This document shows, piece after piece, positions 48,661 to 57,334 of a stretch of DNA of 64,000 bases. The notes under the pieces are model-generated. The model worked only from the letters and a program-made list of their open reading frames with translations. It ran no database searches and was not told where the DNA came from. Source of the DNA: Patescibacteria group bacterium (GTDB lineage: Bacteria; Patescibacteriota; Patescibacteriia; UBA2591; JAQUPP01); contig JAQUPP010000001.1 of assembly GCA_028716665.1 (NCBI GenBank), positions 349,046-413,045 of the forward strand, read 5' to 3'. Both the position numbers and the translations under genes were made by a program. The first letter of the stretch is position 1, and each line of letters begins with the position of its first letter.

Positions 48661-50916
48661 ATGTCTAAAATATCAGAAAAAATTTGTCTGACCATTATCC
48701 ACTATGGATCTTATTTGATTTTATTTTTGCCGCTTTTAGTTTATCAATATACTTTATATCCTTATATTTTCGGCAAAATTATATTTTTCAGGATTTTAGT
48801 GGAAATTATTTTTGCCGCTTGGTTGTTTTTGGCTATTTATAATAAAAATTATCGACCTGATTGGAAAAATCCTTTGGTTTTCAGCTTAACCGCATTCATG
48901 GGTGTTTTGGTTCTAACAATGTTTACGGGTATTGATATCTCGCGTTCTTTTTGGTCAACCCAAGAAAGGATGACTGGTGTTTTAACCCTGCTTCATTTTT
49001 GGGCATGGTTTTTAACTTTAACCAGTTGTTTTAAAAAGTGGCAAGATTGGCGAAAATTAATTTGGGCAAGTTTGATTTGTTCTTTTTTGGTCGGACTCTA
49101 CGGATTGGGGCAAAAAATAGGGTTAAAATTTTTATTACAGAATGATGGTGCTTCGCGCATGGCCGCAACTTTGGGTAATTCTATTTTTTTGGCAGTTTAT
49201 GCCATGTTGCATATTTTTTTAGCCGGTTCTCTAATAATTTTAGAAAAAGTAAAATTGGGGAAAATTTTTTCTTTTTTGATTTTACTCCTTAATTTTGGGA
49301 TCATGCTTTGGGCTGCTAGTCGCGGAGTCTTAGGAGCTTTTGGTTTGTCATTTTTATTATTATTGAGTTATCTAATATTTACTCTGCGAACCAAAAGATT
49401 AAAATTAATTTTCATTCCAATTTTTATTTTATTGATTTTAATTTTAGTCGGCGGAGTATTTTTTTGCCAAACTCAAAAAGGAAAACTTTGGACTGTTAAA
49501 GCCCCGGTTTTTATCCATAGAATAGTTTATTTGACTGGCGGTGTCGAAGAACGAACTATTGCTTGGAATGCCGGTTGGCAAAGTTTTAAAGAAAAACCGA
49601 TTTTGGGTTGGGGTTGGGAAAATTATAATATAATTTTCAACAAGTACTATAATCCTTATTATTTAAGTTTAGGCCAGGGAAATACCTGGTTTGATCGTTC
49701 GCATAATCAAGTTGTGGATTTGTTGGCTTTAACCGGTGGTGTCGGTATAATGGCTTATTTAGCGGTGTTTGGAGTGATTTTTTGGTTATTATTACGGAAA
49801 CGCAATACAAATAAATATAAGATTTGTGGGGTGTTATTTGCTTGCATGTTTTTTGCGTATTTTATTCAGAATTTAACTGTTTTTGATACGCCGGCACCAC
49901 TTATTGTCTTTTATTTTAGTTTAGCTTTGGTCTATTTTATAACAACGAATAAGAATTTAGAAAAACCCGAAGCACGAAACTCAAAATTCGAAACAAATTT
50001 AAAACTCAAAAATCAAAATTCAAAATCAAATCAGCTTCCGCTCCCGATTTTTATTTTTCTAATTATTATTTTTTTGCCGTGGTCAATTTATAAATTTAAT
50101 CTTGAGCCTTTTATTCAGAGTAAGGCGGCGGTAGTCGGTATTTCCGCTTCCAGGGTTGATTTAAAAGCAGGTCTTGATTGGTATAAAAAATCTTTGGATA
50201 AATCGGTTTTTACCAATCCGGAAATCAGAACGCAGTTGGCCAAGACTATTGTTGAATTTCCGGGCCAATCAAATCTTGATCCGATGATTTTGCAAAATGG
50301 TACGGATTTTGTAATTAAAGAATTTGAAAAAAGTATTCAAGAACATCCTCGCGATGTGAGAAATTATTTATATTTAGGTCAGTTGTATAATTTAGGTTCA
50401 AAATATAATAAAACATATCTTGATAGAGCGGAAGAAATTTTAAAAAAAGCGACAGGGCTCTCACCAAAACGCCAGCAAGTTTATTTTGAATTAGGCAGAA
50501 CTCATCTTTATAAAAAAGAATACGAAAAATCAGCTAACACTATTCAAGAAGCGGTTAATTTTGACAATAAAATAGGGGAGTCATATTGGAATTTAGCCAC
50601 AACCTATTTAATTTGGGGGAAAAATCAGGAAGCTGCTGCGGCAATAAATAAAGCATACGGAGAATTACATTATTATAAAGAAGGCATGGATTTTAATATT
50701 GCTCGGGCTTATGCCGAAATTAAAGATTTTGAAAATGCTTTTATATTTTGTGGTAAGATTGTCGATCAACAATCGGATAATTTAACTTCTCAATTGGGTT
50801 GCGCTTTGATTTACGCCAAAGGCGGTAATCAAGGAATGGCTGAAAAAATTTTTGATGAAATAGAAAATAAAAATCCGCAAGCGGTTCAGCAGGTTAGGCA
50901 ATTATTGGAACAATAA
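48661..50916 (+). CDS. O-antigen-ligase (Wzy_C/PglL-like) membrane protein with C-terminal TPRs
   Basis: R..ATLGN, SRG, R..AW..GW..FKEKPILGWGWENY, FDRSHN, and a TPR-like tail. ATG 48661 is preferred over TTG 48649. Confidence 0.85.
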   Translation: MSKISEKICLTIIHYGSYLILFLPLLVYQYTLYPYIFGKIIFFRILVEIIFAAWLFLAIYNKNYRPDWKNPLVFSLTAFMGVLVLTMFTGIDISRSFWSTQERMTGVLTLLHFWAWFLTLTSCFKKWQDWRKLIWASLICSFLVGLYGLGQKIGLKFLLQNDGASRMAATLGNSIFLAVYAMLHIFLAGSLIILEKVKLGKIFSFLILLLNFGIMLWAASRGVLGAFGLSFLLLLSYLIFTLRTKRLKLIFIPIFILLILILVGGVFFCQTQKGKLWTVKAPVFIHRIVYLTGGVEERTIAWNAGWQSFKEKPILGWGWENYNIIFNKYYNPYYLSLGQGNTWFDRSHNQVVDLLALTGGVGIMAYLAVFGVIFWLLLRKRNTNKYKICGVLFACMFFAYFIQNLTVFDTPAPLIVFYFSLALVYFITTNKNLEKPEARNSKFETNLKLKNQNSKSNQLPLPIFIFLIIIFLPWSIYKFNLEPFIQSKAAVVGISASRVDLKAGLDWYKKSLDKSVFTNPEIRTQLAKTIVEFPGQSNLDPMILQNGTDFVIKEFEKSIQEHPRDVRNYLYLGQLYNLGSKYNKTYLDRAEEILKKATGLSPKRQQVYFELGRTHLYKKEYEKSANTIQEAVNFDNKIGESYWNLATTYLIWGKNQEAAAAINKAYGELHYYKEGMDFNIARAYAEIKDFENAFIFCGKIVDQQSDNLTSQLGCALIYAKGGNQGMAEKIFDEIENKNPQAVQQVRQLLEQ

Positions 50917-50959
50917 AGTATTGACAAAAAATAAGAGTAAAAAAAGAAGTAAAAAATGT

Positions 50960-50993
50960 AAAAAGGGGATGGAAATAATTTCACCTCCTTTTT
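50960..50993. terminator. Probable intrinsic terminator
   Basis: Imperfect hairpin AAAAAGGGGATGGAA-ataa-TTTCACCTCCTTTTT. Confidence 0.55.
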
Positions 50994-51004
50994 ATATTTC
51001 AAGC

Positions 51005-51033
51005 TTGTAGATGATTGGTTTTTATGTTATAAT
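51005..51033 (+). promoter_or_regulatory. Putative promoter of the pgk-eno-gpmI operon
   Basis: TTGTAG-17 nt-TATAAT with a TG-n extension. It supports the start at ATG 51047. Confidence 0.6.
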
Positions 51034-51046
51034 AATATATAAAATT

Positions 51047-52234
51047 ATGAAGTTAAAAACAATTAAAGAAATCAAAAATTTAAAAGGAAAAAGGGTGCTG
51101 GTAAGGGTTGATTTTAATTGTCCGATAAAAAACGGCCGGGTTATTGATGATACTCGCATTCAGGCCAGTTTGGAAACCATTAAATATTTAATTCAGCAAA
51201 AAGCCATTATTATTTTAATAAGCCATTTAGGAGACCCCAAGGGTAAAAAGAATTTGAAATATAGCTTGAAGCCGGTTTATAAAAATTTATCCGCTCGGCT
51301 TTGCGAGCGGATCCGCTCATCCCAAAGGGGCTGTAGCGGAAAATCAAAGGCTAAAAATTTGAAATTTATTAATGATTGCGTTGGCGGAAAAGTCAAAAAA
51401 GAGATTGCGACAATGAGGCCAGGGGAAATTATTTTATTGGAGAATCTTCGTTTTTATGTGGGAGAAGAAAAAAATGATTTGAAATTTGCTAAGCAATTAT
51501 CCGAATTGGCTGATTTATATATTAATGACGCTTTTTCGGTTTGCCATCGGGCACACGCTTCAGTTTCAGCGATTTCCAGATATTTACCAGTTTGCGCCGG
51601 TTTTTCTTTAATTAAAGAAATTGAAAATTTAAATCAGGTTTTAACAAAACCGACCCATCCATTCGTAGTTTTAATGGGCGGAATCAAAATTTCTACCAAA
51701 ATAAAACCCATAAAAAATTTAGCAAAAAAAGCAGATCAGATTTTAATCGGAGGAGCTTTGGCTAATAATTTTTTAAAAATAAAAGGAATTAATATCGGGG
51801 TTTCATTTTATGAACCGGCGATGTTGGGCGTTACTCGAAAATTATTGAAAAATAAAAAAATTATTTTACCATTAGACACTAAGATTAAGGGTAATGGTGA
51901 TAATTTTAGAATTTTTGATATGGGCCCTAAAACCGTTGCATTATTTCAAAAATATCTTAAAACTGCCAAGACAATTGTTTGGAATGGTCCAATGGGTTTT
52001 TTTGAAGAAAAACCCTTTGATCAGGGAACAAGGGAAATGGTTAGAATAATTTTAAATAATCGCAAGGCCAAAATTATTATTGGCGGTGGAGAAACCATTG
52101 CCGCGTTCAAAAATCAATCCGCCAATTGGCGGATAAAAATCAAAAATAATATATTTATTTCAACCGGCGGAGGAGCAATGTTGGAATTTTTGGAAGGAAA
52201 AATATTGCCGGGAATTAAGCCATTGATTAATTAA
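51047..52234 (+). CDS. pgk: Phosphoglycerate kinase
   Basis: RVDFN.P, LLENLRF, NDAF..HRAHAS, VWNGPMG.FE, GGGET, ISTGGGA.LEFLEG..LPG. Confidence 0.96.
   Translation: MKLKTIKEIKNLKGKRVLVRVDFNCPIKNGRVIDDTRIQASLETIKYLIQQKAIIILISHLGDPKGKKNLKYSLKPVYKNLSARLCERIRSSQRGCSGKSKAKNLKFINDCVGGKVKKEIATMRPGEIILLENLRFYVGEEKNDLKFAKQLSELADLYINDAFSVCHRAHASVSAISRYLPVCAGFSLIKEIENLNQVLTKPTHPFVVLMGGIKISTKIKPIKNLAKKADQILIGGALANNFLKIKGINIGVSFYEPAMLGVTRKLLKNKKIILPLDTKIKGNGDNFRIFDMGPKTVALFQKYLKTAKTIVWNGPMGFFEEKPFDQGTREMVRIILNNRKAKIIIGGGETIAAFKNQSANWRIKIKNNIFISTGGGAMLEFLEGKILPGIKPLIN
51289..51340. repeat. Tandem ATCCGCT..AGCGGA(T) palindromic insert, in frame in pgk
   Basis: ATCCGCTCG-gctttg-CGAGCGGAT is followed, sharing the AT, by TCCGCT..17 nt..AGCGGA. 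Confidence 0.7.
52117..52134. repeat. Perfect 18-bp palindrome, in frame in pgk
   Basis: ATCCGCCAATTGGCGGAT embedded in CAAAAAT units. Confidence 0.8.
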
Positions 52235-52245
52235 TAAAAAAAATT

Positions 52246-53526
52246 ATGTCAAAAATTACATCAATCAGAGCTTGCGAAATTTTAGATTCAAGGGGTAATC
52301 CGACTCTTGAAGTTAGGGTTGTTTTGGAAAATGGTTTGGAATCCAAAGCAGCGGTTCCTTCCGGGGCTTCAACCGGCGTTCACGAAGCGCTTGAATTAAG
52401 AGATAATAATTCAAATCGTTATGGCGGTAAGGGCGTACTCAAGGCTTGTGAAAATGTGGAAAAAATAATCGCTCCGGCTTTAATCGGTTTAGAACTAAAT
52501 CCTCAAGAAATTGACAAATTAATGATAGATTTAGACGGAACGCCAAATAAAAGCAAGTTGGGCGCTAATGCCATTTTGGGAGTTTCTTTGGCTTGTACTC
52601 GGGCCGGCGCTAAATCGCAAAATATTCCTTTATACAAATATATTCGCGAAACTTATCAGCTTACCAACTTATTGACTTATCAACTTCCTATTCCAATGCT
52701 TAATGTAATCAATGGTGGAAGACATGCTGATAATAAATTAGATATTCAAGAATTTATGATCGTGCCCTTGGCTGATAGTCTTAAAAATCAACCCAATAAA
52801 TTATTTAAAGAAAGAATAAGATTGAGCGCGGAATTTTTTCAAATTCTTAAAAATATTATTAAAAGCACTTATGGTTTTTCAATAGCCGTGGGAGATGAGG
52901 GCGGTTTTGCTCCAAGTTTTAAAAACAACGAAGAAGTTCTAAAAGTTTTAATGTCCGCGGCTCAAGAAGCAAAATTAAAAATCGGTCAGGATATAGTTTT
53001 TGCTTTAGACGCGGCGGCTTCCGAATTTTATGATGTTAAAGAAAAAAAATATATTTTTGAAAATAAAAAATTGTCGTCTCAAGACATGATTGATTTATAT
53101 CAAACTTGGATTGAAAAATATCCGATTATTTCCATTGAAGACGGTTTATCAGAAGATGACTGGTCGGGCTGGAGAGATCTTCACGCGCGTTTGCAAAAAA
53201 TCATGATTATTGGTGATGATTTATTTACTACTAACATTGATCATTTGAAAAAGGGTATTGAAGAAAGAGCGGCAAACTCTATTTTAATCAAACCAAATCA
53301 AATTGGCACTTTAACCGAAACGATAAATTGCATTAAATTTGCCCAGGCGAATAATTATAAGGTTGTTATTTCTCATCGTTCAGGGGAAACAAGTGATGAT
53401 TTTATTTCCGATTTGGCCGTGGCCGTTAACGCCGATTTTATCAAAGCAGGCGCGCCAAACAGAGGAGAAAGAGTGGTAAAATATAATCGATTAATGGAAA
53501 TTGAAGAAGAATTATATCAAATTTAA
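52246..53526 (+). CDS. eno: Enolase
   Basis: ILDSRGNPT, VPSGASTG.HEA.ELRD, GDEGGFAP, SHRSGET, ERV.KYNRL. Confidence 0.98.
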   Translation: MSKITSIRACEILDSRGNPTLEVRVVLENGLESKAAVPSGASTGVHEALELRDNNSNRYGGKGVLKACENVEKIIAPALIGLELNPQEIDKLMIDLDGTPNKSKLGANAILGVSLACTRAGAKSQNIPLYKYIRETYQLTNLLTYQLPIPMLNVINGGRHADNKLDIQEFMIVPLADSLKNQPNKLFKERIRLSAEFFQILKNIIKSTYGFSIAVGDEGGFAPSFKNNEEVLKVLMSAAQEAKLKIGQDIVFALDAAASEFYDVKEKKYIFENKKLSSQDMIDLYQTWIEKYPIISIEDGLSEDDWSGWRDLHARLQKIMIIGDDLFTTNIDHLKKGIEERAANSILIKPNQIGTLTETINCIKFAQANNYKVVISHRSGETSDDFISDLAVAVNADFIKAGAPNRGERVVKYNRLMEIEEELYQI

Positions 53527-53600
53527 AATTGAAAAATCAAAATGGAAAATGACAAATTAAAATGTAAAATTTTTAATTTTGATATTTAAATTTTGATTTA
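53519..53600. repeat. Inverted heptad array between eno and gpmI
   Basis: AAATTTA AAATTGA AAAATCA AAATGGA AAATGAC AAATTA AAATGTA AAAT is followed by TTTT AATTTTG ATATTTA AATTTTG ATTT. Confidence 0.6.
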
Positions 53601-53632
53601 AACATAACGAAAAAATTAATGAATTATATTGT

Positions 53633-55210
53633 ATGAAAAAAAATATTGATAAAGTTAATCCAGCTATTTTTATAGTTCTCGATGGCTGGGGAGTAGCGCC
53701 GGAAAGCAAAGGCAATGCCGTTACTCTGGCTAATACGCCCAATTTTAATCATTACAAAGAAAAATATCCCTATACCGAAGTTTGCGCTTTTGGAGAATGT
53801 GTTGGTTTGCCCAAAAATCAACCCGGAAATTCAGAGGCCGGTCATTTGAATTTGGGCGCCGGACGAGCTGTCAAAGATGACGCGGTTTATATTTCCGAGA
53901 GCATTAAAGATGAAACATTCTTTAAAAATCCGGCTTTTTTGGAAGGAATTTCGCATCTCAAAAAATATAAATCAAAGATTCATTTGATAGGTTTGGTGAC
54001 AGAGGAAAATAGTGCTCATTCTTCACCGGAACATTGGTTGGCAATGTTAAAACTTTTAGAAGAACAAAAAGTTGAAGAAGTATTTTTGCATCTTTTTACT
54101 GATGGTCGTGATTCTTCACAGCATGCAGCTATTCGTCTGGTAGAAAGATTTGAACAAAAAATAAATCATGATAATCATCATTTAAAAGTTAATATCGCTA
54201 GTATCTCAGGAAGATTTTATGCCATGGACAGGACTAAACAATGGGACAGGGTTGAGAAGGTTTACAATCTTTTGGTTTTGGGTAAAGGATTTCAAGCCCC
54301 AAATCCCAAAGAAGCGATTGTTCAGGCTTACAATCGACAAGAAACAGATGAATTTATTTTGCCGACCATTATCAAAAAAGATCATCAACCAACAGCCACT
54401 ATTGACGACAATGATTTGGTTATTTTTATGAATCTGAGATCAGACCGAGCCCGTGAATTAAGTAAAGCTTTTGTTCAAAAAGAATTCAATCAAAAAAATC
54501 CAGGTTCATTTAAAAGACAAAAATGGCCGAAAAATTTGTTTTTTGTCGCTTTGGCCGATTTCGGTCCTGACTTGGATCATATTAGAACCGCTTATCCCAG
54601 TAGAATAGTAAAGAATAGTTTGCCGGTAATTATAGATGGTTCACCGCAGCTTTATATCACTGAAACTGAAAAATTCGCTCATGTCACTTTTTTCTTCAAT
54701 GGCGGTTATGATCATTCCGTATCAGGGGAAGAAAGAATAATTGTCCCGTCACCGGATGTTTCTCATTACGATTTGACACCAGAAATGAGCGCGCGAAGAA
54801 TAACAAAAATAGTTTTGGGAAAAATTAAAAATGAAACATTTTCTTTTATTATGATGAATCTTTGTAATCCCGATATGATTGGTCATACCGGTAATTTACA
54901 AGCAACAGTGAAAGGGATAGAATGTGTTGATGAAAGTTTGGGGAAAATAATCAAGGCGGGTAAAAAACACGGTTATTCGATTATTGTTACAGCCGATCAC
55001 GGCAATGCTGAAGAAATGATTAATCTAAAAACCGGAGAAGTGGATACAAAACATTCCATTAATCCTGTTCCGTTTATTTTAATTAACTCTGCTTACAAAG
55101 GTAAAAAATTAAGAAAAGACGGCGTTTTGGCCGATGTGGCGCCAACTATTTTAGAATTAATGGGTCTTAAAAAATCAGAAGAAATGACAGGTGTTAGCTT
55201 GCTAAAATAG
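53633..55210 (+). CDS. gpmI: 2,3-BPG-independent phosphoglycerate mutase, copy 1
   Basis: LDGWG, GNSEAGH, TDGRD, GRFYAMDR, ETEKFAHVTFFFNGG, DMIGHTG, ADHGN. Confidence 0.95.
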   Translation: MKKNIDKVNPAIFIVLDGWGVAPESKGNAVTLANTPNFNHYKEKYPYTEVCAFGECVGLPKNQPGNSEAGHLNLGAGRAVKDDAVYISESIKDETFFKNPAFLEGISHLKKYKSKIHLIGLVTEENSAHSSPEHWLAMLKLLEEQKVEEVFLHLFTDGRDSSQHAAIRLVERFEQKINHDNHHLKVNIASISGRFYAMDRTKQWDRVEKVYNLLVLGKGFQAPNPKEAIVQAYNRQETDEFILPTIIKKDHQPTATIDDNDLVIFMNLRSDRARELSKAFVQKEFNQKNPGSFKRQKWPKNLFFVALADFGPDLDHIRTAYPSRIVKNSLPVIIDGSPQLYITETEKFAHVTFFFNGGYDHSVSGEERIIVPSPDVSHYDLTPEMSARRITKIVLGKIKNETFSFIMMNLCNPDMIGHTGNLQATVKGIECVDESLGKIIKAGKKHGYSIIVTADHGNAEEMINLKTGEVDTKHSINPVPFILINSAYKGKKLRKDGVLADVAPTILELMGLKKSEEMTGVSLLK

Positions 55211-55233
55211 TGAATAAAATTAAATTTTAAAAT

Positions 55234-56814
55234 ATGGCAGAATCTATAAAAAAAATCCAGCCAGTTATATTGATAATTTTGGACGGTTGGGGAATTGCTC
55301 CACCAAGTCAAGGTAATGCTGTCACTTTGGCCAATTTACCAATATTTAATAAATTGGTTTCTTCTTATCCTACTTCAACCTTGCAATCATCGGGTGAGGC
55401 AGTTGGTCTTTCTTGGGGAGAACCCGGTAATTCAGAAGTCGGACATTTGAGTTTGGGAGCGGGAAAAATTATTTGGGAGAATTTGCCAAAAATAAACAAA
55501 TCGATTATCGACGGAAGTTTTTTTAAAAATCAAGCATTCTTGAAAGCAATAGAACATGTTAAAAAAAATCAATCCAATTTGCATTTGGTTGGATTATTGT
55601 CAAATGGAGCTGTTCATTCGTCAAATGAACATTTATATGCGCTTCTGGAATTGGCCGCTAAAAATGATTTTAAACAAGTTTACATTCATCCTATTTTAGA
55701 CGGAAGGGATACGCCAAGAGACAGTGGAAAAAGTTTTTTAATTCAATTGTTGGAAAAAATTAAAATTATAGGAGTTGGACAAATTGCAACGCTTACCGGT
55801 CGTTTTTGGGCAATGGATCGCGATAATCATTGGGAAAGAATTGAACAATCTTATTTGGCCATGGCAAAGGGTTTGGCTGAACAAGAATTTACAGATCCGT
55901 TGGAAGCGATTGAATCTTCATATAAAAAACAAATTTATGATGAGGAATTTAAGCCGGTTATAATAACAAAAGATTCTCAACCCTTGAGTAGAATTCAAGA
56001 AAATGATGCAGTGATATTTTTTAATTTCAGATCTGATCGCGGACGTGAGTTGACCAGAGCTTTCATTTCAGATGATTCTAAGGGTTTTAAAAGAGAGAAA
56101 ATAAAAAATTTATTTTTTGTCACCATGACCGAATATGAAAAAGGTTTGCCGGTTGAAATAGCTTTTCCCCCGGAAGAAATTAAAAATTCATTAGCCAAAG
56201 TTATCAGCGATCAGGGCTTAAAACAACTCCATGTCGCCGAAACGGAAAAATACGCCCATGTCACTTTTTTCTTTAATGGCGGACGTGAAGAACCGTTTCC
56301 CGGAGAAGATCGCATTTTAATTCCTTCGCCGCGCATTTCTTCTTATGATCAAAAACCTGAAATGTCGGCTTCCGAGGTAACTCATCAAATTTTATGGGCG
56401 ATTGACAGCAATAAATATCAATTTATTGTGGTAAATTTCGCCAATGCTGATATGGTCGGTCATACCGGAAATTTATCGGCCACAATCAAGGCGTTGGAAT
56501 TTCTAGACGAAGCAATAGGTCAAATTATCAGCTTGGCTTTAAAAGAAAATTGGGTTAGTATTATTGTCGCTGATCATGGCAATAGCGAAGAATTAGCCAA
56601 TCTTCGTACCGGTGAAATAGATAAAGAGCATTCCACTAATCCGGTTCCGTTTATTGTGATAGATAAAAATTCAGAAAATAAATCTACTGTCCAGACAGCG
56701 AAAGAATTGAATTTATTGGCACCAAGCGGAGTTTTGGCCGATGTCGCTCCGACTATTTTAAAAATTATGAAATTAGAAAAACCGGCCGAGATGACAGGGA
56801 TATCATTAATATAA
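55234..56814 (+). CDS. gpmI: 2,3-BPG-independent phosphoglycerate mutase, copy 2
   Basis: LDGWG, GNSEVGH, LDGRD, GRFWAMDRD, ETEKYAHVTFFFNGG, DMVGHTG, ADHGN. Confidence 0.95.
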   Translation: MAESIKKIQPVILIILDGWGIAPPSQGNAVTLANLPIFNKLVSSYPTSTLQSSGEAVGLSWGEPGNSEVGHLSLGAGKIIWENLPKINKSIIDGSFFKNQAFLKAIEHVKKNQSNLHLVGLLSNGAVHSSNEHLYALLELAAKNDFKQVYIHPILDGRDTPRDSGKSFLIQLLEKIKIIGVGQIATLTGRFWAMDRDNHWERIEQSYLAMAKGLAEQEFTDPLEAIESSYKKQIYDEEFKPVIITKDSQPLSRIQENDAVIFFNFRSDRGRELTRAFISDDSKGFKREKIKNLFFVTMTEYEKGLPVEIAFPPEEIKNSLAKVISDQGLKQLHVAETEKYAHVTFFFNGGREEPFPGEDRILIPSPRISSYDQKPEMSASEVTHQILWAIDSNKYQFIVVNFANADMVGHTGNLSATIKALEFLDEAIGQIISLALKENWVSIIVADHGNSEELANLRTGEIDKEHSTNPVPFIVIDKNSENKSTVQTAKELNLLAPSGVLADVAPTILKIMKLEKPAEMTGISLI

Positions 56815-56839
56815 TTTAAATAATTTAATAATAACAATT

Positions 56840-57229
56840 ATGGAAATAAAGTATTTTTTTCAAAATATTACTCTCTCCGGAGAATTGAAAGATTATCTGG
56901 AAGAAAAAGTTAAAAAATTAAATCGTTTTTCCGACAAAATTTGGGAGGCGAAAATTGATTTAAGTTTTAATGACAGTCACGCTAAGTCGGAAGCTTTCAG
57001 ATTGGAATTGGCTTTGAAAATGCCGGATAGATTATTGGAAGCTTCAGTTCGCGCGGCTAATATTCAAGAAGCCATAGATAAAGTTGAAGAAAAAATCAGA
57101 AAACAATTAGAGCATTATCGGGGTATTCGCGAATCTAAAAAACGTTTGATTAATAAATTTGTCAGAGGCACGAAAGCGATTTCTTCCTTATTTTTTAAAA
57201 AGGGAGAAGAGAATGAAGACGAAGAATAG
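56840..57229 (+). CDS. hpf: Ribosome hibernation factor HPF/RaiA
   Basis: LS.ELKDY.EEK..KL.RF and AID.V.EK..KQL, in the usual position upstream of secA. Confidence 0.85.
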   Translation: MEIKYFFQNITLSGELKDYLEEKVKKLNRFSDKIWEAKIDLSFNDSHAKSEAFRLELALKMPDRLLEASVRAANIQEAIDKVEEKIRKQLEHYRGIRESKKRLINKFVRGTKAISSLFFKKGEENEDEE

Positions 57230-57242
57230 AAGCAGTTTAATA

Positions 57243-57333
57243 TAGTTTCTGGTTATTAGTTTTAGTTTATTGGTTTTTTGTTTTTAACTAATAACTGAAT
57301 AACCATAACTATCAACTAAAAACCATAAACTAT
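57243..57333. repeat. Inverted heptad array forming a long imperfect hairpin directly upstream of secA
   Basis: TAGTTTC TGGTTAT TAGTTT TAGTTTAT TGGTTTT TTGTTTT is followed by TAACTAA TAACTGAA TAACCA TAACTAT CAACTAA AAACCAT AAACTAT. Confidence 0.75.
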
Positions 57334-57334
57334 T

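Noticed and set aside
50921-50962. TTGACA and (GA)GTAAAAAA repeats after the ligase gene
   Set aside because: There is no properly spaced -10, and the low-complexity A-tracts cannot be told apart from background.
57243-57333. CRISPR array
   Set aside because: The units are 6-8 nt, degenerate and lack spacers, and no cas genes are present.
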